In this document: piece after piece, positions 37,485 through 46,247 of the stretch
How positions within the stretch are numbered: the first letter of the stretch is position 1
How the letters are laid out: each line of letters opens with the position of its first letter
NCBI GenBank assembly: GCA_038044925.1
Contig: JBBSZC010000004.1
Span: 11,166 to 75,165 of the forward strand
Length of the DNA stretch: 64,000 bases
From: Nanobdellota archaeon
GTDB lineage: Archaea > Nanobdellota > Nanobdellia > Pacearchaeales > GW2011-AR1
Reading direction: 5' to 3'
Notes under the pieces: generated by a model
What the model was told of the DNA's origin: nothing
What the model saw: only the letters and a program-made list of their open reading frames with translations
Database searches by the model: none
Position numbers and translations under genes: made by a program

Positions 37485-37573
37485 TATTCCAGACGCATAA
37501 CCATACTCGACATCAGCATGGTAGTTGCCATTGACATTCAACCTGTCACCATTCCAGTTCGAATTCACCGCGG
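37485..37573 (-). ncRNA. DGR template repeat (TR) with IMH*
   Basis: Intergenic, AAY-rich (reads AVNSNWNGDRLNVNGNYHADVEYGYASGI), TGGAAT at 37486-37491. Confidence 0.93.
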
Positions 37574-37746
37574 ATAGTTATGTAGCCAGTTTACCTTCCT
37601 ATCACTGAAATTCCTCGTAAGGAAAATCTGTATTTTATGACTTAAAATAAAATCAAATATGTCTTGATAAATTGGCATGTAGCCCTAGCTTATCGCTAAG
37701 ACAAAAATTAACTAAAATAAGAATTAATAAACCTTTACTTATTTTT

Positions 37747-38442
37747 TTACGAAGCGCCTTCGGCGCTTTTTGGCAATACCCCAGACGCAAAACCATACCC
37801 GACATCAGCATGGTAGTAGCCATGGACATACAACCTGACACCAAGCCAGTCCGAATCCACCGCGGTATATTTTTTCAAATCTCTATTTTGAGAGTCTAAA
37901 GCACCAACATAAGGTGCTTTTCTGCTTATTTTTTCAGCAACTCTTGCTACAACATCTTCAGCGAAATCTTTATCTGTAACTTGTCCAATTATATAAGAAT
38001 TTGCAACTAAATCTGAAACTGACTGGTTTCCTGTCTTAAATCCATATTTAACTAATCTTACTGCCTTATCTCCATCTTTCATTCTTTTTATTAAACTTGC
38101 CCTATCTGTTGGCATAGTTCCATCAATATTATCATAAAGAATAACATCTTCTTTTCCCCATAAATTCTCAGTAGTCGTCAATAGCCATTGGTTTTTTACT
38201 CTGGAAACTATATCCTTGCATTGTTTATTATCTGGATTGCTTAATGCAAAATCTATTAAAGAAAATGTCTGGGCAGTTGTAGGTCTTAGTAATTTTCCTT
38301 TTGTAATTGCACCCATAACTTTTTGGTGAGTTCCTGGTCCTTCAAGAGGATAAGCACTTGTTAAAATCCCATTTCCGTGCTTATAATCCATTTCGGTTCT
38401 AGCTATTCTTATTCTTCCACCATTTAGTTCTTTAGTTATCAT
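37747..38442 (-). CDS. DGR target (variable) protein
   Basis: The C-terminus is encoded by the VR; CLec-like fold is inferred, not shown. Confidence 0.92.
   Translation of the reverse strand: MITKELNGGRIRIARTEMDYKHGNGILTSAYPLEGPGTHQKVMGAITKGKLLRPTTAQTFSLIDFALSNPDNKQCKDIVSRVKNQWLLTTTENLWGKEDVILYDNIDGTMPTDRASLIKRMKDGDKAVRLVKYGFKTGNQSVSDLVANSYIIGQVTDKDFAEDVVARVAEKISRKAPYVGALDSQNRDLKKYTAVDSDWLGVRLYVHGYYHADVGYGFASGVLPKSAEGAS
37752..37768 (-). promoter_or_regulatory. DGR cis-acting hairpin downstream of VR/IMH
   Basis: AAGCGCC GAA GGCGCTT (7-bp stem, GAA triloop). Confidence 0.85.
37777..37865 (-). repeat. DGR variable repeat (VR) with IMH
   Basis: 37781-37865 vs 37489-37573: 10 mismatches, all at TR adenines; TGGGGT at 37778-37783. 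Confidence 0.95.
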
Positions 38443-38462
38443 AGTTTTTATAGAAATATAAA

Positions 38463-38478
38463 CTTTATAAATCTTTCG
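38463..38478 (-). promoter_or_regulatory. BRE/TATA promoter of the DGR target gene
   Basis: CGAAAGATTTATAAAG about 20 nt upstream of the ATG; similar boxes at 27901-27914 and 4206-4219. Confidence 0.7.
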
Positions 38479-38791
38479 ATTACGTTGTATCTATATAGTA
38501 GTTACTCTTACTTAGTATGACATCCTCCGAAAAGTTTATTTATGAGAAACCTCTAGCTACATTGTTGTGATTCAATGAGCTACAACTAGCTCATTTTTTA
38601 TAATCAGATTAGAAATAAATAATTATCGAGAATCAGACGCAATTCATCTGTCCGCTAAAGCAGACAGATTTCTTGCGAAGCTTTAACAATTCAGAAGAAT
38701 GAAAAGCCTTAAAAACCCACTTTTTCTATGTATTTTATTCCAGGTAAATTAAAATGTTATCCGCACAATTGATAAGTATCATAAATAAGAA

Positions 38792-39733
38792 ATGGCAGCA
38801 CCAAGAGCACCAAGAAAAGGAAGTTTACAAATCTGGCCTAGAAAAAGGGCTAGAAAGTTTTTACCTAGAGTAAACTGGAGTGGAATTAATTCTGGAAAAA
38901 ATCTTAAAGGTTTTATATGCTATAAAGCGGGAATGAGTTCTGCTTATGTAAAAGACAATACTCCTAATTCTATGACAAAAGACAGGACAAAAATAATTCC
39001 GGTAACAATTCTTGAGTGTCCTCCTATGAAGATACTCTCTATACGATTCTATAAATATGGAAAAGTTGCAAAAGAGGTTTTAAATGAAGGATTAGAAAAG
39101 GAATTAAAAAGAAAATTAAAACTTCCTAAAATCTATAAAAATAAATTAGAAAATATTAAATTAGAAGATTACGATGATGTTAAGGTTATTGTTTATTCTT
39201 TGGTTAAAAAAACAAACATAAAAAAAACTCCAGACTTATCAGAATTAGGATTGAATGGGCGTTTAGATGATAAAATGAATTTTATTAAAGATAACTTACA
39301 TAAGGAGATTTCTGTAACTCATATTTTTGGAAAAGGAAATCTTGTTGATTTAAGGGGTTTGACAAAGGGTAAGGGATTACAGGGGCCTGTAAAAAGATTT
39401 GGAATCACTCTCAAATCTCATAAGTCAGAAAAGGGTGTGAGAAGACCTGGAAGTTTGGGTCCATGGCATCCTGCAAGAGTAACTTTCAGAGCTCCTATGG
39501 CAGGGCAATTAGGGATGTTTTCAAGAGTAATTTATAATAACAAATTAGTGGATATTGGAAAAGCTGAAGAAAAATTTAAAGGGATTAAAAATTACGGAGA
39601 TATTAAAACAGATTACGTGGTAGTTTATGGCTCTGTACAAGGGCCAGCAAAAAGACAATTATTAATGACTTCTGCTCTTAGAGAAACAAGAAAACAAGCT
39701 AAAAAAAATTATGAGGTTATTGAGTTAAGATGA
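38792..39733 (+). CDS. rpl3: 50S ribosomal protein L3
   Basis: PRKGSL..PRKR, YKAGM, TKGKGLQGPVKRFG. Confidence 0.97.
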   Translation: MAAPRAPRKGSLQIWPRKRARKFLPRVNWSGINSGKNLKGFICYKAGMSSAYVKDNTPNSMTKDRTKIIPVTILECPPMKILSIRFYKYGKVAKEVLNEGLEKELKRKLKLPKIYKNKLENIKLEDYDDVKVIVYSLVKKTNIKKTPDLSELGLNGRLDDKMNFIKDNLHKEISVTHIFGKGNLVDLRGLTKGKGLQGPVKRFGITLKSHKSEKGVRRPGSLGPWHPARVTFRAPMAGQLGMFSRVIYNNKLVDIGKAEEKFKGIKNYGDIKTDYVVVYGSVQGPAKRQLLMTSALRETRKQAKKNYEVIELR

Positions 39734-40551
39734 ATGAAAAAATAAATGTTTTAGATATTCAAGGAAAGAAAATAAAAGAAATTGAGATGCCTGAATTTTT
39801 CAAGCAGAAAATAAGAGAAGATATAATCTCTAAAATAATAGAATCAAGAAAATCAAAACAGCCTTATGCTCCTTCACCTGTTGCAGGAAAACAGCACTCT
39901 GCTTCAGGACTAATAAGACACAGAAGACATGTCTGGAAAACTCATTATGGGCAGGGAAGGTCAAGAATTCCAAGAAAAATAATTTCTAAGAAAGGAAACA
40001 GAATAAACTGGATTGGGGCTGAAATTCCATCTACTAGGGGAGGTAGAAGAGCGCATCCTCCTAGAGTTGAAGGAACCATTAATGCTAATAAAATAAACAG
40101 AAAAGAATTGAGAATCGCCTTGCTGTCTGCTTTAAGTGCAAGTGCAAACCCAAAAGAAATAAAAAAGAAATATGAAAATTTAAGAGAAAAAAATATTAAT
40201 GCTCCGTTTGTTGTGGACGGAAAAATAACAGAATTGAAAACAAAGGAAGTTGTAGAAACCTTAGGAAAGGTTTTGGGGGAGGCTTTTGGTGCTGCTATTT
40301 CAAAAAAATCAATAAGAGCTGGAAAAGGAAAGCGAAGAGGGAGAAAATACAAAGAAACAGCAGGAGCCTTAATTGTTTTAGGAAACAGCGAAAAAATAAA
40401 AACAAATATTATTGAAAGCAAGAATGTTTCAAACCTTAATGTTATTGATTTATCTAATGGTGGACAAGGAAAATTAACAATTTATACTGAAAATGCAATT
40501 AAAGATTTAAATGAAAGGCTTAATAAAACTAAGGAGGAAAAAGAAAAATGA
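39730..40551 (+). CDS. rpl4: 50S ribosomal protein L4
   Basis: GRSRIPR, GGRRAHPP, IRAGKGKRRGRKY. Confidence 0.97.
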   Translation: MNEKINVLDIQGKKIKEIEMPEFFKQKIREDIISKIIESRKSKQPYAPSPVAGKQHSASGLIRHRRHVWKTHYGQGRSRIPRKIISKKGNRINWIGAEIPSTRGGRRAHPPRVEGTINANKINRKELRIALLSALSASANPKEIKKKYENLREKNINAPFVVDGKITELKTKEVVETLGKVLGEAFGAAISKKSIRAGKGKRRGRKYKETAGALIVLGNSEKIKTNIIESKNVSNLNVIDLSNGGQGKLTIYTENAIKDLNERLNKTKEEKEK

Positions 40552-41225
40552 TATCTTTAGATATAGAAACAAGTGGAATTGATATGTCTTGTTGTGGAAT
40601 TTGGCAGATTGGTGCACTAGAAATAGAAAATCCAGAAAATGTCTTTTTGCAGGAAGCACGAATTGATGCTTTAGATATTATTGAACCAGAAGCTCTAGTT
40701 GTTACAGAAAAAACCGAAGAAGAATTAAGAAGTAGGGGAAAACAATCTCAAAGAGGATTAATACAAAGTTTTCTAGAGTGGAGGGGGTTTTGTGAAGTAA
40801 AGACCGCATTATGCCACAATCCGCAATTTGATATTGGATTTATAACTCTTAAATCTTTAAAATATTTTAAAAAAGATCCATTTTGGCCAATCTATCATAG
40901 AGCATTTGATTTGCATACTCTCGCACAACAAAGATATTTTCAAGAAAATGGAAGATTTTTAATTGATGGGGATCATAGCGATATGGGTTTATCTAAAATA
41001 TTAAAATTTGTGGGAATAGAAGATAAAAGAAGAGCAATTAAAGATGGAAAAGTAGAAAGAGAAGGCAACCCCCATAACGCATTAGAAGATGCAAAATTAA
41101 CTGCAGAATGCTTTTCAAGATTAATTTATGGAAAAACCATTTTTCCAGAATATACTAAATTTAAAGTTCCAGAATATCTATTAAATCCAAGAATAAAGAA
41201 TAAAAATGAAACCAATTATTACTGA
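40548..41225 (+). CDS. DEDDh 3'-5' exonuclease (DnaQ/RNase T-like)
   Basis: LDIETSG, HNPQFD, HNALEDA. Confidence 0.88.
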   Translation: MISLDIETSGIDMSCCGIWQIGALEIENPENVFLQEARIDALDIIEPEALVVTEKTEEELRSRGKQSQRGLIQSFLEWRGFCEVKTALCHNPQFDIGFITLKSLKYFKKDPFWPIYHRAFDLHTLAQQRYFQENGRFLIDGDHSDMGLSKILKFVGIEDKRRAIKDGKVEREGNPHNALEDAKLTAECFSRLIYGKTIFPEYTKFKVPEYLLNPRIKNKNETNYY

Positions 41226-41442
41226 AAAAGCTGTAATGATGATTGAAGCTAAAAACACTTTAGTATTTGAAATGGGAATTAAAATAAAAAAACCAGAAAT
41301 TAAAAAAGAATTTGAAGAAGTTTTTAATGTTAAAATAAAAAGGATAAATACCCACATAAAAGACAATAAAAAATATGCTTATATTCAATTAAAGCCAGAA
41401 TTTCCTGCTATTGATATAGCAACGAAATTAGGATTGATGTAA
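41206..41442 (+). CDS. rpl23: 50S ribosomal protein L23
   Basis: PIITEKA..NTLVF, KYAYIQL, AIDIATKLG. Confidence 0.96.
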   Translation: MKPIITEKAVMMIEAKNTLVFEMGIKIKKPEIKKEFEEVFNVKIKRINTHIKDNKKYAYIQLKPEFPAIDIATKLGLM

Positions 41443-41443
41443 A

Positions 41444-41818
41444 ATGGCAGAGAAAAATACTGAAATAATCCGAGCAATTAATAATCTAAATAGTAACGAA
41501 GCCTTAAAAATTGGTATCTGTAGAGAGTCTCATGGGACAGATGAGGGACCTTTATTTCATGCTTATATGGAAATAGAAGGGAAGGAAGTTTATTTAACTG
41601 CCCATTGCTGTGAATTAAGCTTTGCAGTAGATTTATCAGATAAATTAAATAAAATAGGCGTAGAAAGAGTGATTCTCTCTCCTCTTAATATTAAAAAACA
41701 TCAAAAAAATTATTCCGTCTCTAAAAGTGATTTAGATTTGTTGAGAGGATTATTATCAAGGAATGGGATTCAAACCGAGATAGATTTAGAACATTTAACT
41801 TTAAATAAATTTTATTAA
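41444..41818 (+). CDS. orphan protein between rpl23 and rpl2
   Basis: 124 aa with TAA-A-ATG junctions on both sides. Confidence 0.75.
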   Translation: MAEKNTEIIRAINNLNSNEALKIGICRESHGTDEGPLFHAYMEIEGKEVYLTAHCCELSFAVDLSDKLNKIGVERVILSPLNIKKHQKNYSVSKSDLDLLRGLLSRNGIQTEIDLEHLTLNKFY

Positions 41819-41819
41819 A

Positions 41820-42518
41820 ATGGGAAAGACAATAATTCAACAAGCGCGAGGGCATGGAAGCATGACTTATCAAGTCAGAAAAAAAGCTTATATTTACAGA
41901 ATTGGATATCCAAGGAATTTAACAGGAATTGGAGAAGTCGCAAGACTCTTCAATTCATCAGCACATTCAACACCTATGGCGGAAATAAGATGGCAGGGTA
42001 AAAAATTTTATATTCCTGCATTTAAAGGAATGTATGAAGGACAAGAAATAAATTTTAATGAAAAAACAATAATTGAAGGAAATATTTTGAAATTAAAAGA
42101 TATTCCAATTAATACAAATATTTATTGCATAGAATCAAGACCTAATGATGGGGGAGTTTTTGTAAGAACTAGCGGAAATAATGCAGTAGTTAATAGAGTT
42201 GTTGGAGAAAAAATTGAGATTTTAATGCCTTCAAAAAAAGGAAAAGAATTTAATGAAAATTGCAGAGCTGTTATTGGAGTTATTGCAGGAGCAGGAAGAT
42301 TAGATAAGCCATTTGTAAAAGCAGGAAGCAAATTTTTTAAGATGAAAGCGAGAAATAAATTTTGGCCGAGAACTTCAGCTGTGAAGTTTAATGCGATAGA
42401 TCACCCATTTGGAAGTGGTAGAGGTAAAAGAATTAAGAGTAAGATTGCTAAGAGAAACGCACCTCCTGGAGCCAAAGTAGGATTAATAAGACCAAAGAGA
42501 ACTGGTAGGAAAAGATAA
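41820..42518 (+). CDS. rpl2: 50S ribosomal protein L2
   Basis: [28 protein letters not shown]. Confidence 0.97.
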   Translation: MGKTIIQQARGHGSMTYQVRKKAYIYRIGYPRNLTGIGEVARLFNSSAHSTPMAEIRWQGKKFYIPAFKGMYEGQEINFNEKTIIEGNILKLKDIPINTNIYCIESRPNDGGVFVRTSGNNAVVNRVVGEKIEILMPSKKGKEFNENCRAVIGVIAGAGRLDKPFVKAGSKFFKMKARNKFWPRTSAVKFNAIDHPFGSGRGKRIKSKIAKRNAPPGAKVGLIRPKRTGRKR

Positions 42519-42519
42519 A

Positions 42520-42924
42520 ATGACAGAAGAAAAAGAAACTAAAAAACAATTTACATATAGGGGAAAGACCCTTGAAGACTTGAAAAAGCTAGATGTAAGA
42601 GAATTTGCAAAGTTAGTAAAATCTAAAGATAGAAGATATATTTTAAGCCAATTTCAAGATATAGAGAAATTTATCCATAGAAGCAAAGAAAAATTAGGAA
42701 AAAAGAAACAAATAAAGACCCATAATAGAAGAATAGTAATTGTCCCAGAAATGGTTGGAATGAAAATCGGTGTGTATAACGGGAAACAATTCCTTCCGGT
42801 TGATATTACTGAAGATATGCTTGGTTATAAATTAGGAGAGTTTGCTCCAACAAGATCAAAGGTCAAACATGGAAGCGCAGGAATTGGTGCTACAAAGGGA
42901 TCAAAATCTAAAGCCAAGAAATAA
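42520..42924 (+). CDS. rps19: 30S ribosomal protein S19
   Basis: FTYRGK, IKTH.R, YNGK.F, GEFAPTR. Confidence 0.97.
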   Translation: MTEEKETKKQFTYRGKTLEDLKKLDVREFAKLVKSKDRRYILSQFQDIEKFIHRSKEKLGKKKQIKTHNRRIVIVPEMVGMKIGVYNGKQFLPVDITEDMLGYKLGEFAPTRSKVKHGSAGIGATKGSKSKAKK

Positions 42925-42926
42925 AA

Positions 42927-43472
42927 ATGGATAACAGAGAAACAATAAAACACAACGAGAAAGAAGAACATATTCATAAAGAACATAGTCACACTCAAAA
43001 ACATAATCATGCTCATGAAGAAAAAGCAGGAGGAAAAACTAAAAAGAAAGAGCCAGAACACAAAATCAAGAAAGAAGAAGCAGTAATTAATGCTAAAAGC
43101 CTTCCAATATCAACAAAAAAGGCAGGAGCGTTTTGTAATTTTGTCAAGAAAAAATCCATAGAAAAAGCATTAGATGATCTTCAAAAAGTAGTCCTTATGA
43201 AAAAGGCAGTTCCGAGTAAAGGAGAATTTGCGCATAGAAAAGGAAAAGGAATTGCCGGAGGAATATATGCAACAAATACAGCAAAGTGTTTTATAATGCT
43301 TGTGAGAAGTTTAAGCGCAAATGCAACATATAATGGACTTGAAGACCCAATAATTGTTGAAGCTTTTGCAAATAAAGCAATGATGCCTTATGGAAGATTT
43401 GGAAGAACTAGAAAAAAAAGAACTCATGTTACAATTATAGCAAGAGAGAGAAAAACTGGAAGGAAAAAATAA
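42927..43472 (+). CDS. rpl22: 50S ribosomal protein L22 with a His-rich N-terminal extension
   Basis: LPISTK, KKAVP, NA.YNGL, THVTI; operon position. Confidence 0.93.
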   Translation: MDNRETIKHNEKEEHIHKEHSHTQKHNHAHEEKAGGKTKKKEPEHKIKKEEAVINAKSLPISTKKAGAFCNFVKKKSIEKALDDLQKVVLMKKAVPSKGEFAHRKGKGIAGGIYATNTAKCFIMLVRSLSANATYNGLEDPIIVEAFANKAMMPYGRFGRTRKKRTHVTIIARERKTGRKK

Positions 43473-43474
43473 AC

Positions 43475-44182
43475 ATGGAAGAGAAAAAAATAGTTGAATT
43501 AAAAAAAGAAGAATTTGCTATTAGAGAAAATATTAAAAATATTCTTGGAAAAGGAAAAATAAGCAGAGTTGGAATAGAATACACGCCAATCGGAGAAAAA
43601 ATAATTGTTTCAACAAACAAACCAGGATTAGTAATAGGGAGAAAAGGAGAAAAAATAGAAGAGTTAACAAATGTTTTAAAGAAAAAATTCAAACTTGAAA
43701 ATCCACATATAGAAATTAATGAAATATTAAAGCCGGAATTTGATGCGCAATTGATTGCAGATGAAATAGCAATGAGTTTAGAGAGATTAGGGCCTATGAA
43801 ATTCAAAGTTATTGCATATAAAACTCTGCAGAAAGTTATGAATGCTGGAGCAATGGGATGTGAGCTGAGATTATCTGGAAAATTGCCTTCGAGCAGAGCA
43901 AAACAATGGAGATTCTCACAAGGATATTTGAAAAAAACAGGAGATACTGCTAAAGTTGTAGACAGGGCGCAAGCAGTTGCACAGACAAAGCCAGGAACAG
44001 TTGGAATAAAAGTAAGTATTTTGTCTCCTGATGCTCCATTGCATGATAAAATAGAGGTAAATGATGAGTTATTAAGAAGATTGAGAATGAATGTTTCTTC
44101 AGAAAAGGAAAAAATAGAAGAAAAACCAAAGAAAAAAACGAAAAAAACAACAAAGAAAACCAAAAAGGAAAAACTTGAATAA
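43475..44182 (+). CDS. rps3: 30S ribosomal protein S3
   Basis: KPGLVIGRKG, GAMGCE..LSGK, GTVGIKVSI. Confidence 0.97.
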   Translation: MEEKKIVELKKEEFAIRENIKNILGKGKISRVGIEYTPIGEKIIVSTNKPGLVIGRKGEKIEELTNVLKKKFKLENPHIEINEILKPEFDAQLIADEIAMSLERLGPMKFKVIAYKTLQKVMNAGAMGCELRLSGKLPSSRAKQWRFSQGYLKKTGDTAKVVDRAQAVAQTKPGTVGIKVSILSPDAPLHDKIEVNDELLRRLRMNVSSEKEKIEEKPKKKTKKTTKKTKKEKLE

Positions 44183-44184
44183 AA

Positions 44185-44406
44185 ATGGCAGTATTAAAAA
44201 TTAAAGATATTAAAAACATGAGCAAGGAAGATATAGAGAAGAAATTAAAAGAATTAAAATTTGAATTAATTAAATCAAAGGCTAATGCGGCGAAATCCGG
44301 CAAATCGAATAAAAGAGAAATAAAAAAAATAATTGCTAGAATACTCACACTCAACAAAAGTTCTCCTTTAAATATGGAAACTTCAGAGAGAAAAACAACA
44401 AAATAA
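44185..44406 (+). CDS. rpl29: 50S ribosomal protein L29
   Basis: LKELKFEL..REIKKIIARILT. Confidence 0.95.
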   Translation: MAVLKIKDIKNMSKEDIEKKLKELKFELIKSKANAAKSGKSNKREIKKIIARILTLNKSSPLNMETSERKTTK

Positions 44407-44410
44407 CAAT

Positions 44411-44710
44411 ATGGATATATGTCCAAAATGCGGCCTGCCAATGCAGGCATGTGTATGCGAACAAATCGTAAAGAGTTCGCAGAGAATAAAAATATCTCTT
44501 GAAAAAAAGAGATATGGTAAAATAGCTACGATAGTGACTGGATTTGACAAGGGATTTGACATGAAAAAAATCGCAAAAGCTCTAAAAAATGAGCTTGCTT
44601 GCGGAGGAACATACAGAGACGGCGAAGTCGAACTTCAAGGAGACCACAAGAAAAAAGTAAAACCAATCCTTATAAAGCTGGATTTTGAAGAAAGTTCAAT
44701 AGAAGAGTAA
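44411..44710 (+). CDS. sui1: translation initiation factor aIF1 (SUI1)
   Basis: CPKCGLP..CVCE, LACGGT, ELQGDH. Confidence 0.95.
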   Translation: MDICPKCGLPMQACVCEQIVKSSQRIKISLEKKRYGKIATIVTGFDKGFDMKKIAKALKNELACGGTYRDGEVELQGDHKKKVKPILIKLDFEESSIEE

Positions 44711-44747
44711 AACAAAAAACGCATACACAAAAAATTGAAGGTGAAAA

Positions 44748-44783
44748 AGAGCTCTCTTTTAAAAAGAGACTTCAGAGAGAAAA
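44748..44783 (+). repeat. about 35-bp palindromic repeat, with related copies inside rpl29 (44359-44394) and rpl24 (46155-46187)
   Basis: AGAGCTCTCTTTTAAAAAGAGACTTCAGAGA. Confidence 0.7.
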
Positions 44784-44789
44784 GAAAAA

Positions 44790-45176
44790 ATGGAAAAAGA
44801 AAAAACAATAAAACAAGAGAAAGGGAAAAAGATAGTCGAAACTCCAAACAACATTTGTAATGATGTAGACTGCCACATTCATGGAAATTTAAAGGCAAGG
44901 GGAAAGACTTTTGAAGGAACTGTTATCAAAAAATTCCCTAAGAGAATTGTAATAGAGTTTGAAAGAAGCATTTATGTAAAAAAATACGAGAGATATTCTA
45001 AATCAAGAACAAGAATTCATGCAAGACTCCCAAAATGCATGGAAGATTCGATGAAAATAGGAGATTATATTAAAGTTCAAGAATGCAGACCTTTAAGCAA
45101 GATAATCCATTTTGTAGCAATAGAAAAAATAAAAGATGCTCAAGATAAATTAAATTTAAGAGATAAAGGAAAATGA
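44790..45176 (+). CDS. rps17: 30S ribosomal protein S17
   Basis: CND.DC..HG, KYERY, ECRPLSK. Confidence 0.97.
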   Translation: MEKEKTIKQEKGKKIVETPNNICNDVDCHIHGNLKARGKTFEGTVIKKFPKRIVIEFERSIYVKKYERYSKSRTRIHARLPKCMEDSMKIGDYIKVQECRPLSKIIHFVAIEKIKDAQDKLNLRDKGK

Positions 45177-45574
45177 AAGCTGTATCAGCAAGAACAACAG
45201 CAGGATTGAATTTAGGCTCGTTAATGGTAGCTGCAGATAATAGCGGAGCAAAAGTTGTTAAAATAACAGGAGTAAAAAAATCAAAGGCTAAAAAAGGAAA
45301 ACAGACTAATGCTAAAGTTGCTGACTGGATTAAAGTATCTATAAGAAAAGGAATTCCAGAAATGAAGGGAAAAGTGTTTGATGCTGTTATTGTAAGGCAG
45401 AAAAAATCTTATAGAAGATTAACAGGAGAAAGAGTTGCATTTGAAGATAATGCTGTCGCAATACTCAAGGATGAAAAAGGAAACCCAAAAGGAACGCAAA
45501 TAAAGGGCCCTATTGCAAGGGAGGTTTTAGAGCGATGGGCGCAAGTTGCTAAAATCGCCTCTATAATTTATTAA
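45173..45574 (+). CDS. rpl14: 50S ribosomal protein L14
   Basis: ADNSGAK, FEDNA, PKGT.IKGPIARE. Confidence 0.97.
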   Translation: MKAVSARTTAGLNLGSLMVAADNSGAKVVKITGVKKSKAKKGKQTNAKVADWIKVSIRKGIPEMKGKVFDAVIVRQKKSYRRLTGERVAFEDNAVAILKDEKGNPKGTQIKGPIAREVLERWAQVAKIASIIY

Positions 45575-45575
45575 A

Positions 45576-45794
45576 ATGAAAAAAGAACAAGAATATCTAC
45601 CAGAATATTATGAAGAGATACCATATAATGAAGTACTTAGGGAATTTCGAAAGGGACTCCTGGAAGATTTAGGACAATCAGAACCGAAATACCTGATAGG
45701 AGCACTCGTCGATTTAATTGGATCATTTTTAGGGCATGAAATAATGAGGGGTTTAAATAAACATTTTCCTAATCAATCAAGAGGTCAAAAATGA
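45576..45794 (+). CDS. orphan protein between rpl14 and rpl24
   Basis: 72 aa, coupled junctions (TAA-A-ATG and ATGA). Confidence 0.7.
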   Translation: MKKEQEYLPEYYEEIPYNEVLREFRKGLLEDLGQSEPKYLIGALVDLIGSFLGHEIMRGLNKHFPNQSRGQK

Positions 45795-46246
45795 AGAAAG
45801 ATTTTTCAAAATCGTGGAAATCAAGCAAACAACCGAGAAAACAGAGAAAATACCTGGCAAAAGCCCCGTTGCACTTAAGAAGAAAATTTTTGAGCGCTAA
45901 TCTCGCGAAAGATCTTAGAAAAAAACATGGAAGAAGAAACATAGAAATAAGAAAAAATGACAAAGTTAAGATTATGAGGGGAAAATTCAGGGGCAAACAA
46001 GGAAAAGTCTTAAAAGTTAATTCAAAAAAACAAAGAGCATATGTAGAAGGAATGCAAGTTAAGAAACACGACGGAAGCAAGGCTAATGTTTCTATTGCTA
46101 TTTCAAATTTGCAGATAATTGAATTAAACTTGGATGATAAAATGAGAATCAAACAGAGCTCTCTTTTGAAAAAAGAGGCTTCAGAGATGGAAAAGGAAAA
46201 CAGAAAAGAAAAATTAAAGGAAGAAAATAAGGGGAAAGATAAATAA
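45791..46246 (+). CDS. rpl24: 50S ribosomal protein L24
   Basis: SKQPRKQRK..APLH, KOW DKVKIMRG. Confidence 0.96.
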   Translation: MKKDFSKSWKSSKQPRKQRKYLAKAPLHLRRKFLSANLAKDLRKKHGRRNIEIRKNDKVKIMRGKFRGKQGKVLKVNSKKQRAYVEGMQVKKHDGSKANVSIAISNLQIIELNLDDKMRIKQSSLLKKEASEMEKENRKEKLKEENKGKDK

Positions 46247-46247
46247 A

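Larger units (their letters stand above)
36404..38442 (-). mobile_element. diversity-generating retroelement (target/VR - TR - RT, no avd)
   Basis: RT plus an 85-bp TR/VR pair with adenine-only mismatches, IMH/IMH* and a 3' hairpin. Confidence 0.96.

Noticed and set aside
37653..37899. ORFs 37653-37844 (-) and 37672-37899 (+) as a possible Avd
   Set aside because: They overlap the VR and target gene, are too short and do not look like helical-bundle proteins
43435..44450. Long minus-strand ORFs (242 and 166 aa) and similar antisense ORFs throughout
   Set aside because: Phe/Leu/Ser-rich shadows of A-rich genes on the opposite strand, with no motifs
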